Positions 1 through 9,982 of a stretch of 35,262 nucleotides of DNA are shown here, piece after piece (within the stretch, counting starts at the first letter, position 1; each line of letters opens with the position of its first letter). A program made the position numbers and the translations under genes. Origin of the DNA: a virus (taxonomy: Duplodnaviria > Caudoviricetes). The stretch is from positions 1-35,262 of the IMG/VR virus record IMGVR_UViG_3300047511_000315, one strand, 5' to 3'. Under the pieces are notes generated by a model that saw only the letters and a program-made list of their open reading frames with translations, was not told the DNA's origin and searched no databases.

Positions 1-3000
1 AATAGGTTCTTCTACATTTGTAAACTCACCTCTATCTTTAGTCACATCCCAAAATTGATTAAATCTATATTTCTGTTCCTCTTTACTATAAAGAATTCTT
101 ATATCATTTGCTCCAATTATTGGATAGTTCAAATTTAAATATGGATTTTCTTTTGCATTTAGTTCTAACTTTAATAAACCAGAAACCTGTTCTGTATTGT
201 AAATAATTGCCTCGTCAAAATTAAAATCTAAATCTTGCCATCTATCATCTGCACAACCATTCTGAAGATCTCCTTTATATACATAAGCTTCTAATTGATA
301 TTCAACATTTCTTAATGTTGAAACTGCTTGGCCTGTAGTTTCAGTAAATTCAATTTCCCAAGGATAGTTTACAGTATAGTAGTTACTGTAAAGATCACAG
401 CGATAATTATGACGCCAAATACTACCACCAGTTAAACTTGAAGGTACAACATCCAAAGCGTAATAGTTACAAATTACAGGATTTTGATTTACATAATTAA
501 GATTACCAACTAAATATATATCATCGCACACTCCACTTTGAGTTGTTACCGCCCCAGGAACAGGTGGGGGTGGGCAATTACAAGTAACTTTTCTGCAAAT
601 TGGATTTTTACCATCTGCCGCAGGACATGTTCCAGTAGGCATAGTATATGTAAGTGGAGTTGTAGTTGTATTAGGATAAACTATTGTGTAACCAGGCGGA
701 CAACTACACGTGGAAACTTGATTACATAATTGACTAAAAAGACCATTAACAATAGCCGTAATACCCGCATAGTTATTAGCTGCTATAGCAAATTGATAAG
801 CACTTTGATTACAAGAAATCCTAGGTAATGTTTGTGTCTGAAGTGGAATAGGGCTTGTAGCGCCACAATATACAGCTGCAACGAATTGGTTAGCTGGACC
901 TGCTGTAGAACCACCTAAAGTACTGGATTGAAATGGACACCCCACATCTACAGGTGGAATTGTTTCAGTGTCTGTAATTAAAACAATATACTGTTTAAAA
1001 TCAGGATCTAAAGTTCTATCTCCTAATTGTGACCCTACTTTATTATCCATAACAAGTTGGCTATATGTCAGAGCAGTGGGTATGTCTGTTCCTGTACTTA
1101 GCCAATTTGCCTTTAGCCAAGTGGTTACTTGAGTAGCTGTTAATGTATTACTCATAGAGTATCCATTAGGCTGCATACTTCTATATGGTGGTCCCGGAAT
1201 ACTAGACCATGAAACTACTCCTATCTGTATTTTTCCAGTATTAAGACCATTTTGAACATCAACGTTATTAATAAACTGCTCAACAAAAGTAACTTCGGCA
1301 TTAGCACGGGACCCTGGACTGTTAGGATCCCCTGTACTTGCGGATGAATCTACAGCAATTATAACATCAAATAGGCAGCTTTCTGATGTTGATGTTATAA
1401 TTACCTCTTCTTGTTGAACTGTTACTATAGCTGGTGCAGATTGGTTAGTAAGTCTTTCACAAAGTTGAGTGGAAAAATTATATATATATCCAGGAGGGCA
1501 ATATGGTATTTTAAATGATGATGTTTTTGTAGTCAAAAAATGATTTGTACTAGGAATTGACAACTCAGGGAACCAATCGTGAAAAGAAACCCAGCTTTTA
1601 GATTTAGGACTGAAAGAAAGAGTCCAGGAAACATTATCAAAAAATGCAGGATCTCCAAGTAAAACATTTAAAGAAACACCTGATTGATTAGTATAAACAA
1701 ACTGATTAGTCAAAGAATTAAAGATCATGTTTGCTTTAAACTGTGGTTTTACACTATAATCCTTTTTAGAAAAATAGACAATATCATAGTTGATATCATA
1801 CACAGATTGACATCCTATTCCAATTACAGGATTGTCATATAAAACACTTTCTTCAATTTGTGGAAATTGAGATTTAAGAACTGAAGGTAAATATTTAGAA
1901 AGCCAAGTAACCATCCCATAGTTTGAAATATCAACTAGAGAATTTGCAAACATAAATATTTTACCTTGCTGCTGAGAAATGAAAAATAAACCATAAGGTG
2001 TATTTACTATAGATCTCGCGCTTTCACAAGATCCATATTCATTTGACAAATCAGAGTTTGTAACATTCTGTAATGGTTGTGAAAACAAACCACCATCACC
2101 AATTGTAAGCTTTACACCTAAATCAGTTTCTAGCCTATCAACACCCTGGAATAGTTGCGGAGATGCATATGGATAAAATATAATTGCGCCAGTCTGATTA
2201 ATAGGTTTTATTGTGGTTATTTGGCTAAAGTCTCTGTAATTATTTGGCAGAAAAACTCTCCAAAAATCTTTTTTAATTTCGTCTCTAGCTTGTAGAGAAT
2301 ATATTAATCTATTAGGATAATAATCAAAACAAGTTTCTGCTATTTGAGGATTGTAATCACGAGCTTGTATTTGACCAAAATTTGTAAGGTTAGTTATAAA
2401 TCTACTAGCGCTTAATGAATAGTCGTATTTATAAACATTATCTTTTTTTATAATAGCAGCATCAAATAAATCATCAACATCATTATAACTGTAAGCATCA
2501 TAATGTCTACCAGAGGGAGTTTCCTCCCAATCTCTTTGAGCAAGATTTATTTCTGATTCAACAAAAAAATCTAAAATTCCATTACAGTGTGTATACATAT
2601 AAGCATACCGCATTGCAAATGCTGGGTTAGGATCTCCACTAAAAATCCAACGTAAAGCCGAACTGCAAGTATTATTACCTCTATCTAAATAAAAAAGATC
2701 GTTTGGAAATGTCACACCTGTTGAATCTTTAAATCCTAAAGTAGCAATTTCATCTGCCAAATTAGTAGTGTCATACTTTTGAGAATTTATCCAAAATCTG
2801 GGATATGGTATATTTACACGCTTTAAATAATCATATGTATATTCATCTGGTTGGCCATACAAAAAATCTGAAAAAATAGGCATAATAACTTTTTCTGTAT
2901 AACGGCCAACATAAGTGTCACCAGCAAATATTTCTTCAGTACTAAACTTATCTGCAGAGTTATTAATTAAATTAATGCACCCACGCATTACAGATTGTTT

Positions 3001-5940
3001 AATTCCTTCTAGTTGCCCATACTGATTTTGGAAATTAAATTTTAAAGCGCCATACCTCATTGAAACAGTAGAATTCCTAACTACTTCCGGAGCCGTTAAA
3101 TAGTTGTTAGTTTCTATTACACTTCCGTTGGCTTCTATATATCCGCCAATAACAAATCTAGATTTATCTGTATCAACTGGTGTATTAAATTCATTTTTAA
3201 TTGATAAAGCCACTGTTTTTGGCCTGTACAAATTATTAATCTTATATCTACCTTCAAAAATTTGAAATGAAGATCCTATATAATTTTGATCAATAATTTC
3301 ATCTCTGTATCTTTCTCCATTAGTTGTTGGTTTAAATGTGAATATATCAGCATGCGAATTATATTTATAAACAAAGTCTGAAGCTTTAACAAGGTTGTAC
3401 ATTAAATCAATTATTTTTTGAGCACCTTCAGCAATTTTCTGTCTAGAAACTAAAATACCAAGAATAGTTTGTAAAAAAGTAGGTAATCCACCAGATTCAT
3501 CCTTTATCTCAAATTCTTTTTCCATACTACCACCAACCATCATTGGTGTAGATCCAACTCGTGCTTGAACCGAAGCTTGAGTTGCATTAAGACCTACTCT
3601 AAAAAGATTTCCTGTAAGCACTACCGGAATTGTTGCACCGTCATCAGCTGCAACGCCGGCTGCATAAGTACCGGGTTGGGTTACATTTACAGCTACTCTT
3701 TGCCTATTTTTATTAGTTGTCATCCCTGGAGTACTCGCAGGAGCCAAAATTACTCCTCCAAGGGTAGTTCCCCTAAGACTACCACCTTGAGCACTAGAAT
3801 CACCATAAGCGTAGTGTATTTTGGTTTTTCTAAATCCATTAAGAGCATTGATAGTATATCCAATACCTATCAGTCCTGCTAAAACTGCTGCAAGATTTCT
3901 TAATAGTTTAAACTGTGGGTGTTTTTCAGATTTGATAAAATTACCCCGAGCCACTCCACTTAACTCACCATAAAGCCGTGCCTCACTTGCATTTAAGTAG
4001 ACATCTTTAAACATTAACTCTGGAGAATGAAATGTGAAAACTTTTTTTGTATAACCTGTAAGTGGTCTATAGGTATTTACAGATTCTGTTAAACTATCAC
4101 AACCATCAGTTCTTTTTCCTGGATCTTGAGCATCTCTACCATCATGAAAATATATATCAGGTCTTAAATCATTATATGGATAGTTAGGATAAAGACCTTC
4201 AAGACTACCACTATTATTAGGAATTTCATACTTACGCATGTTTCTAAATACACCTTTTGCTAGTATAGATTTAGCACCTTCTCTAGAGCCCCTTAAAATC
4301 TCATAACCAATGATATTAGGAATGTATGTTCCATTATTAAATTTAGGTCTTTCAATATCAGAAAACTTAACGCCTAGTACTCTAATAGAATCTGTAGTAC
4401 TATCATATAATCTTAAAACAGAACTTCTTTCCTCAGTTGGCATTTTATGATGCCTTATAGGCTTACCACACAAGTCAAACTGTGTGTTTGTTGTTCCCCC
4501 AATGTTTACACCTGTACTAGGATTAACATACGTGGAATTCCAAATTTCAGGTTTTGTAGATGGATATAATTCTGTAGATTGCCAATAACCCATATCACCA
4601 ATGCCAATAACTTTTCCACCATCAGGTAAGCTAGTTTGAGCAAGAGATACAACCGTAGAAGTATCATAAATTTCAAAATTATAATTTGGCCCCTTAACAG
4701 AATTTATACCATTACTTTGAGCTGTTTCATTAATGGTTTGATTATATTGATTTGTTCCATTTGTCTTAGGATATCTACCTGGAATATGATAAGATTTACT
4801 TTTTTCGCCAGTATTATAAATCCACCTTATAAAAAAAGAATAAACCTCATCACGCATAAATGAAGTTTTATTACCCCCATTGTGGTAATAATCTGCCGGA
4901 TATTCAGCAACAACCCATTGTGCTTTAATTTTATTTGCTAAAGGTTGGTAATTAAAATCAAATTGTTCTGTAGGACCCTTTCGTATTAAATAATCATTTA
5001 CAACATACATTGCATCTGACTTTTCATAAGCAGGCTTTCTCAGAAAAAGTGAACTTAACGGAACTGTTTCTAGGCTAGGATCAATGAAGTCAATAACAAC
5101 TGTTGACTGTTCGGTACTGTACCTACCAATTTTTTTTGCAACAAATTGCTGTTGGTTATTAGACAAAATAACAAGCTGATAATTATCAAAATCTTTGTCT
5201 AAATTTTTTAACTCAATTTTTAAAGATCCACCGTTTGTAGCATGATCAAATAAACTTTGAACATTTGAAATACCTATATAATCTGTGACAACAGTATCGT
5301 TATCCATATAAGCAATGTAAGCTTGATACATACCATTTCTCAATAATCCACCATCACTGGCTTTACTAAGAGTTAAACAAGGTGTATCCATTAAAGGAGC
5401 CAACCTTAGTTTCTCACAATCTAAAACTGTAGTATCCTCATAAATTTTACAACTACTGCCAGGTGTTGATATATCTCTTTTAACCCAAGGAATATCATCA
5501 ACATTTAAAGTTCTAGATGGATTGTTGGAATCATCAAAATAAATTTGCCAAGTACAATCAAAATTTTCTTTTGCGGCTCCTGTTATTAAATATGCTTTTT
5601 TAAAATTTAAACAAGGAGCATTTACAATAGTAGTATATGAACAAGTACTTTCATCATAAAAACCAATCTCAGAAGATACATCATCAGTTGAAAAAATATA
5701 CCATTGGTCAGCTCTTTTGTGAATAAACCCAATAATAGTATAAGGAACTACCCCGCATTCTAAAGTTGCTGGTTCATTACCAATAGTACCAAAATCACCA
5801 TCAGCAGAATTTAAAATTACATTTCTAGCATGCGACCAATTAGTATTAGGTTGAAAAGATGCGCTTATATCTTTTATCATGCCTTTTGTAAAGGCATTTG
5901 TAGAAATAGCGGACGAATTTGTAAACTCTTGCTTTGCCAT
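1..5940 (-). CDS. Giant tail stabilisation / muzzle protein (crAss-like, P22 gp10-related), partial: >1980 aa, C-terminus beyond the window; contains an inserted VWA domain
   Basis: ATG at 5940 lies 1 nt after the stop of the upstream ring gene. It begins MAKQEFTNSSAISTNAFTKGMIKD...WSHARN...GTIGNEP and reads ...NQFWDVTKDRGEFTNVEEPI at the edge. Spot translations are open. Absence from the ORF track is consistent with no in-frame stop in the window. The position after IHF and ring genes matches crAss-like synteny. Confidence 0.8.
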   Translation of the reverse strand, partial: MAKQEFTNSSAISTNAFTKGMIKDISASFQPNTNWSHARNVILNSADGDFGTIGNEPATLECGVVPYTIIGFIHKRADQWYIFSTDDVSSEIGFYDESTCSYTTIVNAPCLNFKKAYLITGAAKENFDCTWQIYFDDSNNPSRTLNVDDIPWVKRDISTPGSSCKIYEDTTVLDCEKLRLAPLMDTPCLTLSKASDGGLLRNGMYQAYIAYMDNDTVVTDYIGISNVQSLFDHATNGGSLKIELKNLDKDFDNYQLVILSNNQQQFVAKKIGRYSTEQSTVVIDFIDPSLETVPLSSLFLRKPAYEKSDAMYVVNDYLIRKGPTEQFDFNYQPLANKIKAQWVVAEYPADYYHNGGNKTSFMRDEVYSFFIRWIYNTGEKSKSYHIPGRYPKTNGTNQYNQTINETAQSNGINSVKGPNYNFEIYDTSTVVSLAQTSLPDGGKVIGIGDMGYWQSTELYPSTKPEIWNSTYVNPSTGVNIGGTTNTQFDLCGKPIRHHKMPTEERSSVLRLYDSTTDSIRVLGVKFSDIERPKFNNGTYIPNIIGYEILRGSREGAKSILAKGVFRNMRKYEIPNNSGSLEGLYPNYPYNDLRPDIYFHDGRDAQDPGKRTDGCDSLTESVNTYRPLTGYTKKVFTFHSPELMFKDVYLNASEARLYGELSGVARGNFIKSEKHPQFKLLRNLAAVLAGLIGIGYTINALNGFRKTKIHYAYGDSSAQGGSLRGTTLGGVILAPASTPGMTTNKNRQRVAVNVTQPGTYAAGVAADDGATIPVVLTGNLFRVGLNATQASVQARVGSTPMMVGGSMEKEFEIKDESGGLPTFLQTILGILVSRQKIAEGAQKIIDLMYNLVKASDFVYKYNSHADIFTFKPTTNGERYRDEIIDQNYIGSSFQIFEGRYKINNLYRPKTVALSIKNEFNTPVDTDKSRFVIGGYIEANGSVIETNNYLTAPEVVRNSTVSMRYGALKFNFQNQYGQLEGIKQSVMRGCINLINNSADKFSTEEIFAGDTYVGRYTEKVIMPIFSDFLYGQPDEYTYDYLKRVNIPYPRFWINSQKYDTTNLADEIATLGFKDSTGVTFPNDLFYLDRGNNTCSSALRWIFSGDPNPAFAMRYAYMYTHCNGILDFFVESEINLAQRDWEETPSGRHYDAYSYNDVDDLFDAAIIKKDNVYKYDYSLSASRFITNLTNFGQIQARDYNPQIAETCFDYYPNRLIYSLQARDEIKKDFWRVFLPNNYRDFSQITTIKPINQTGAIIFYPYASPQLFQGVDRLETDLGVKLTIGDGGLFSQPLQNVTNSDLSNEYGSCESARSIVNTPYGLFFISQQQGKIFMFANSLVDISNYGMVTWLSKYLPSVLKSQFPQIEESVLYDNPVIGIGCQSVYDINYDIVYFSKKDYSVKPQFKANMIFNSLTNQFVYTNQSGVSLNVLLGDPAFFDNVSWTLSFSPKSKSWVSFHDWFPELSIPSTNHFLTTKTSSFKIPYCPPGYIYNFSTQLCERLTNQSAPAIVTVQQEEVIITSTSESCLFDVIIAVDSSASTGDPNSPGSRANAEVTFVEQFINNVDVQNGLNTGKIQIGVVSWSSIPGPPYRSMQPNGYSMSNTLTATQVTTWLKANWLSTGTDIPTALTYSQLVMDNKVGSQLGDRTLDPDFKQYIVLITDTETIPPVDVGCPFQSSTLGGSTAGPANQFVAAVYCGATSPIPLQTQTLPRISCNQSAYQFAIAANNYAGITAIVNGLFSQLCNQVSTCSCPPGYTIVYPNTTTTPLTYTMPTGTCPAADGKNPICRKVTCNCPPPPVPGAVTTQSGVCDDIYLVGNLNYVNQNPVICNYYALDVVPSSLTGGSIWRHNYRCDLYSNYYTVNYPWEIEFTETTGQAVSTLRNVEYQLEAYVYKGDLQNGCADDRWQDLDFNFDEAIIYNTEQVSGLLKLELNAKENPYLNLNYPIIGANDIRILYSKEEQKYRFNQFWDVTKDRGEFTNVEEPI

Positions 5941-5941
5941 T

Positions 5942-6829
5942 TTAGTTTCTTACGGGATAACTCCTAAACATATTATAATATTTGTGATATTGTGCTTTTC
6001 GATTTAACATCCAAACCTCTTGCAATTCTTTAAAATTCGGAGTGTTTACAAAACTTAAAGCATTGTTTCTTGAAGCTCTTAATCTTTGTTCAATTAAACC
6101 AAGTTGATTAGCTACATTTTCACCTGCAAAAATCATATTCTCAATAATTCTTTGTTTCAAAGCATATTCATAATATTCATTGCAATACGGATGATCTAAA
6201 ACCAAAAGGTTACCATCTGTATCTTCCATACTGCTTTGATAATTTATATAAACTTTACCAGTTTCAAACGTAGTTAATATAAAACCATCTTTTATTTCTG
6301 CAATATCATGAGCCTGTTCATTAACATTAGGGCAATCGCATGTATACTTATTTACAGTTTTTATTCTAAGCGGTGTAAAACTTGTAAATACTCTATAACT
6401 ATCAGGAGCTTTAAGTTTTTGAATTAATTGATACTCATTCTTATCATTACAGGTTTTAATAACACAAACATCTGTACAGCTTGGATCATTACAGGGACCA
6501 GATTCACCTGGCGCTGGTACATAAGGAACATCATTAAATGTTTCAATATGAGTTCCTGAAGGAAGTCTATCAGCAATAGTGTAAGTACCACACCTAAAAG
6601 TGTAATTCAAATATGCAAAATCATATGGCAAACGAGCCTTACCATATTCAATATCTAAAACCACTTCTTTAGTCCTATTAATTCTAAGTCCAAGATCATA
6701 GTTCACCCTTGCAGCAACTTTAATCAATTGCGCCGGATCAATAAAACCTTCAATATTATAGGTTGAAAAGTCTACAATTACATCATTATATAATTGATCA
6801 AACGTTCTATATTTATGTGAAACACTCAT
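5942..6829 (-). CDS. Tail ring / tail tubular protein (crAss-like)
   Basis: 295 aa. Lies directly before the muzzle gene and has a C-terminal YINYQS...LLVLDHPYCNEYYEYAL segment resembling ring proteins. TAATG coupling to the upstream gene. Confidence 0.6.
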   Translation of the reverse strand: MSVSHKYRTFDQLYNDVIVDFSTYNIEGFIDPAQLIKVAARVNYDLGLRINRTKEVVLDIEYGKARLPYDFAYLNYTFRCGTYTIADRLPSGTHIETFNDVPYVPAPGESGPCNDPSCTDVCVIKTCNDKNEYQLIQKLKAPDSYRVFTSFTPLRIKTVNKYTCDCPNVNEQAHDIAEIKDGFILTTFETGKVYINYQSSMEDTDGNLLVLDHPYCNEYYEYALKQRIIENMIFAGENVANQLGLIEQRLRASRNNALSFVNTPNFKELQEVWMLNRKAQYHKYYNMFRSYPVRN

Positions 6830-7494
6830 TATCTATGGGGATTAATTTTGTTATCAGCATCATCAGATGGAATTTTTATTGTTGTAGTCATAATATTTAA
6901 AACTTGCGCTTCAACTTCAGCTAATAAAAACTCCGGAATATTAACATCTTGCTCATAATGAGGAATGCATTTATTATCACATTGCCAATTAGATATATCA
7001 GAATCAAAAACAGCCTCAATTTTTACTGCTTCCCATTCTAAATTTGGAAAATATAAATGATGATCTATGAACCAAAAGTACTTTGTTTTATTATATCTAA
7101 ATGAAGTTGTTTTAGACATTGCTAAATATGTACTAGGTTGTATTGGTTGCAATACCTCAGAACCATCAATTGAAGAAACAGTTCTAATTAAAGGCCCCCA
7201 AAAACCTTCAATCATATTTGGTAGCTCGTGTTTTGTCCTCATAAAAGTGCAATCACTTTTAATACCTGAGCATTGAGCTTCAACTCTGTCAACTTCTATT
7301 AATTCAACATATGGTAAAGATTTCCATATTGAATTAAATTTCATCAGTTTATTTACGCTATCCTGTCTACGCATTAAAACCTGAGAAAACTTTTGAACAA
7401 GACTATATATATACCGGTCAGTAACAAAAGCATCTTGACTCTCTGCTTTTGCTTGACCTCTAATTCTAGATACCACTTCTGCTATTGTTGCCAT
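6829..7494 (-). CDS. Ring/adaptor structural protein (crAss-like)
   Basis: 221 aa. Helical N-terminus (TDRYIYSL) and YFWFIDHHLYF...VKIEAVF core; assignment supported by synteny. Confidence 0.55.
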   Translation of the reverse strand: MATIAEVVSRIRGQAKAESQDAFVTDRYIYSLVQKFSQVLMRRQDSVNKLMKFNSIWKSLPYVELIEVDRVEAQCSGIKSDCTFMRTKHELPNMIEGFWGPLIRTVSSIDGSEVLQPIQPSTYLAMSKTTSFRYNKTKYFWFIDHHLYFPNLEWEAVKIEAVFDSDISNWQCDNKCIPHYEQDVNIPEFLLAEVEAQVLNIMTTTIKIPSDDADNKINPHR

Positions 7495-7506
7495 AATTTA
7501 TTAATT

Positions 7507-8046
7507 TTAAATTCCACCAAGAGTTTTTGACACTTTGGAAGAATACAAATGAGCCACACGGTATTTGTTTTTCATAAAAATATATTTTGTCCAGTTGGAA
7601 GGATACTCTTTAGAAAGAGTTCTTTTAAAATCCCTAACTGCTTCAAATTTCCATAATTCCCGGTTTTTAAATTTGTATTTAGTTGACCAGTTTGTATAAA
7701 AGATTTTACCTAAATTTCCATCAGTCTCCCAATTTTTGTTTTGAATAACTTTACCATATTGTTTTGAAAGAGCATAATTAGTGTTAATAGTTTTACTTGG
7801 GTTACAAGTTCCTATAAACAAAAAACCTAAAGATTCAGGTAGTTCAACACCATCTCTATGTTTAATAACACCTTCCCACATTTTTTTATTAAATATTTTA
7901 ATTATGCGTTTTAACTTGTTATTGTCTACATTTTTATACATTGGGTATTTTAACTTAAAAGCTTGAATGGTTTTTGCGTTTAAGATCCCAAGCTTTTTAT
8001 CTCTATATCTTGGAGCATTTAGGTCAGGGGCTTTAAATTCAGTCAT
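7507..8046 (-). CDS. Divergent IHF/HU-like DNA-binding protein
   Basis: 179 aa, very basic. LKRIIKIFNKKMWEGVI...GVELPESLGFLFIG resembles the HU/IHF helix-strand core. crAss-like phages carry IHF-like genes at this position. Confidence 0.55.
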   Translation of the reverse strand: MTEFKAPDLNAPRYRDKKLGILNAKTIQAFKLKYPMYKNVDNNKLKRIIKIFNKKMWEGVIKHRDGVELPESLGFLFIGTCNPSKTINTNYALSKQYGKVIQNKNWETDGNLGKIFYTNWSTKYKFKNRELWKFEAVRDFKRTLSKEYPSNWTKYIFMKNKYRVAHLYSSKVSKTLGGI

Positions 8047-8095
8047 ATCTCAGTATCATTTATAATTTACGAAAAATAAGTGATTAAAAAAAATT

Positions 8096-9274
8096 TTAAA
8101 GAGAATAAACTAACTCACAAACAGTTCCCTTTGCAAAAGACTGGAGCTCTAAAAAAGCAGATCTTCTGTTTCCGGTGTATTTATTGTGATAATGATAGTA
8201 ATCAGTTTTAGATAAACTGGGTAAGGTTTTATGAACAAAACCAACTTCCTCTGAACCAGTTATATATTCAATTCTTTTGTTTTGATGATAATGACCGGTA
8301 AATAAGGTTCTAAATTTAGTATTCCCCCACATAACAGGAAACTCAGTAGCATATACCAATGGTGTACTTTTTGACTTGACATCACCGTGTTCAAAAGCAT
8401 TAAAGTTTTCACCCCATACATGCACCTTTCTTTCCGCATATTCAATATCCCATTCAATACTTGGACCCTCTATTGATTTAGATAAAGCATGCGCTAGATG
8501 AAAAGATGAGAGTCTGTCATGATTACCAGGAATATAAACAACTTTTAGTTTGTCGCAAAACTTTGATAAATATGCAATAGCCCAATGCATGCAATCAAAA
8601 GCTTTAATGTAAGTATTTGTGGCATTCATTGAATTATCTACGGGTGTTCCCGCAGTTGTTTGCCCATTAAAAGTATCCATATTAATAAGATCACCACCTA
8701 TTACAAAATACAAAACCTCTATGTGGTGAGACATAGAGGCTCTTTCTGTAAGATCTTTAATTGCAGATTCAAAATCTAAATCTATTGTATCATTACCCTC
8801 TTTACCAAAATGTATATCCTGTAAAGATAAAATTCCACAAACAACAGGTTTTAATATACTCGGGGACTTATAAGCATTGACATAGTGCTTTTTAGGTTGC
8901 CAGTTTTTCAAAAGATTTTCAAATAGCTTTTGTTCATTGTTTTGTTTAATCTTTGTAACTAAAGCAGATATCCGCCAACCGTTGTGAACTTGTTTATTCC
9001 AATAGGAAGAAAGCCGCCACTCATTGGTGTTAATTTTTAGTATTTTGATTATTTCATCTGCAGACTTGGGCTCAACATTAACAATCATTTCTAATTTTGC
9101 CTCACCTTTATCTAAATCATAATGATTTGAAAGCTCTTTGTTAGCATTTTTTTCCTTTATTTTTTTTGAAATTCTAATATATTCCTCCTCTGAAATCCCT
9201 AGTTGATGAGCGCAATGAGCATTGCTTTTTTTCCATTTAAATGATTTTGACACTCTTTTTTCTAAATTGTTCAT
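8096..9274 (-). CDS. Calcineurin-like metallophosphoesterase with N-terminal HTH-like region
   Basis: All five motifs are present: DIHFG, GGDLIN, PGNHD, EHGD, GHYH. N-terminal CAHQLGISEEEY is HTH-like. Confidence 0.85.
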   Translation of the reverse strand: MNNLEKRVSKSFKWKKSNAHCAHQLGISEEEYIRISKKIKEKNANKELSNHYDLDKGEAKLEMIVNVEPKSADEIIKILKINTNEWRLSSYWNKQVHNGWRISALVTKIKQNNEQKLFENLLKNWQPKKHYVNAYKSPSILKPVVCGILSLQDIHFGKEGNDTIDLDFESAIKDLTERASMSHHIEVLYFVIGGDLINMDTFNGQTTAGTPVDNSMNATNTYIKAFDCMHWAIAYLSKFCDKLKVVYIPGNHDRLSSFHLAHALSKSIEGPSIEWDIEYAERKVHVWGENFNAFEHGDVKSKSTPLVYATEFPVMWGNTKFRTLFTGHYHQNKRIEYITGSEEVGFVHKTLPSLSKTDYYHYHNKYTGNRRSAFLELQSFAKGTVCELVYSL

Positions 9275-9315
9275 AGTTTTGGTTTAAAATTAAATGTAAA
9301 TATAAATCGGTTTTT

Positions 9316-9347
9316 AAAAAAAGAGGCCCTGTTATAAACAGGACCTC
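9316..9347 (-). terminator. Intrinsic terminator after the 187-aa gene
   Basis: Minus strand GAGGTCCTGTT-TAT-AACAGGGCCTC followed by T7. Confidence 0.75.
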
Positions 9348-9395
9348 CCCCAACATATAGATAGAAAACCAACAAACTACCAAACGTTGTATATC

Positions 9396-9959
9396 TTAAA
9401 CTAGAGTTTTGATTAAAATTTCAACACTATCACAGGGTGTATTTTGATAAAGAGAAACAAGTTTGATTTTATAATCGGTGTTTGGTGTAAGATTTTTTAA
9501 ATCATACTTCAAAACTGTAGGAGCAACAGGAACACTGTTTGCTAAAACCCAAGCTCCGGGATTTACTAAAGTATTATAATAAACACTAATACCAGTTGTA
9601 AATGTTGACTCATTATTCCATAAGACAACAACCCCGGTGTTTGTTATATTTTTAGCATACACATTATAAGGTGCATGATGTACATTATCAGCATTACAAG
9701 CGCCAAAACCGTTAATTAAAATTAAAGACAATTTTTGAAGAATCATATCAAATCTGTCTCCGGTACTAATTTGAAAAATATCATTCCCGCTTTGAATTCT
9801 AAACGCAGTACCGCAATAACTGACACATTCGGCACATTGAATATCGTCACATCTTTCACTACCTACACCACAATCTGTGTAAACACATGGAGAATGCAAA
9901 GCTGTATCATCACAACCGCAAGGTCTAAAAGGATTACATTTACTACAATGACAAGACAT
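9396..9959 (-). CDS. Cys-rich virion protein with C-terminal fibronectin type III-like domain
   Basis: N-terminal Cys cluster. C-terminal APYNV...VVLW...YDLKNLTPNTDYKIKLVS fits the FN3 pattern. Confidence 0.6.
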   Translation of the reverse strand: MSCHCSKCNPFRPCGCDDTALHSPCVYTDCGVGSERCDDIQCAECVSYCGTAFRIQSGNDIFQISTGDRFDMILQKLSLILINGFGACNADNVHHAPYNVYAKNITNTGVVVLWNNESTFTTGISVYYNTLVNPGAWVLANSVPVAPTVLKYDLKNLTPNTDYKIKLVSLYQNTPCDSVEILIKTLV

Positions 9960-9982
9960 ATCTTTTCAGTTTAAGGTTATGG

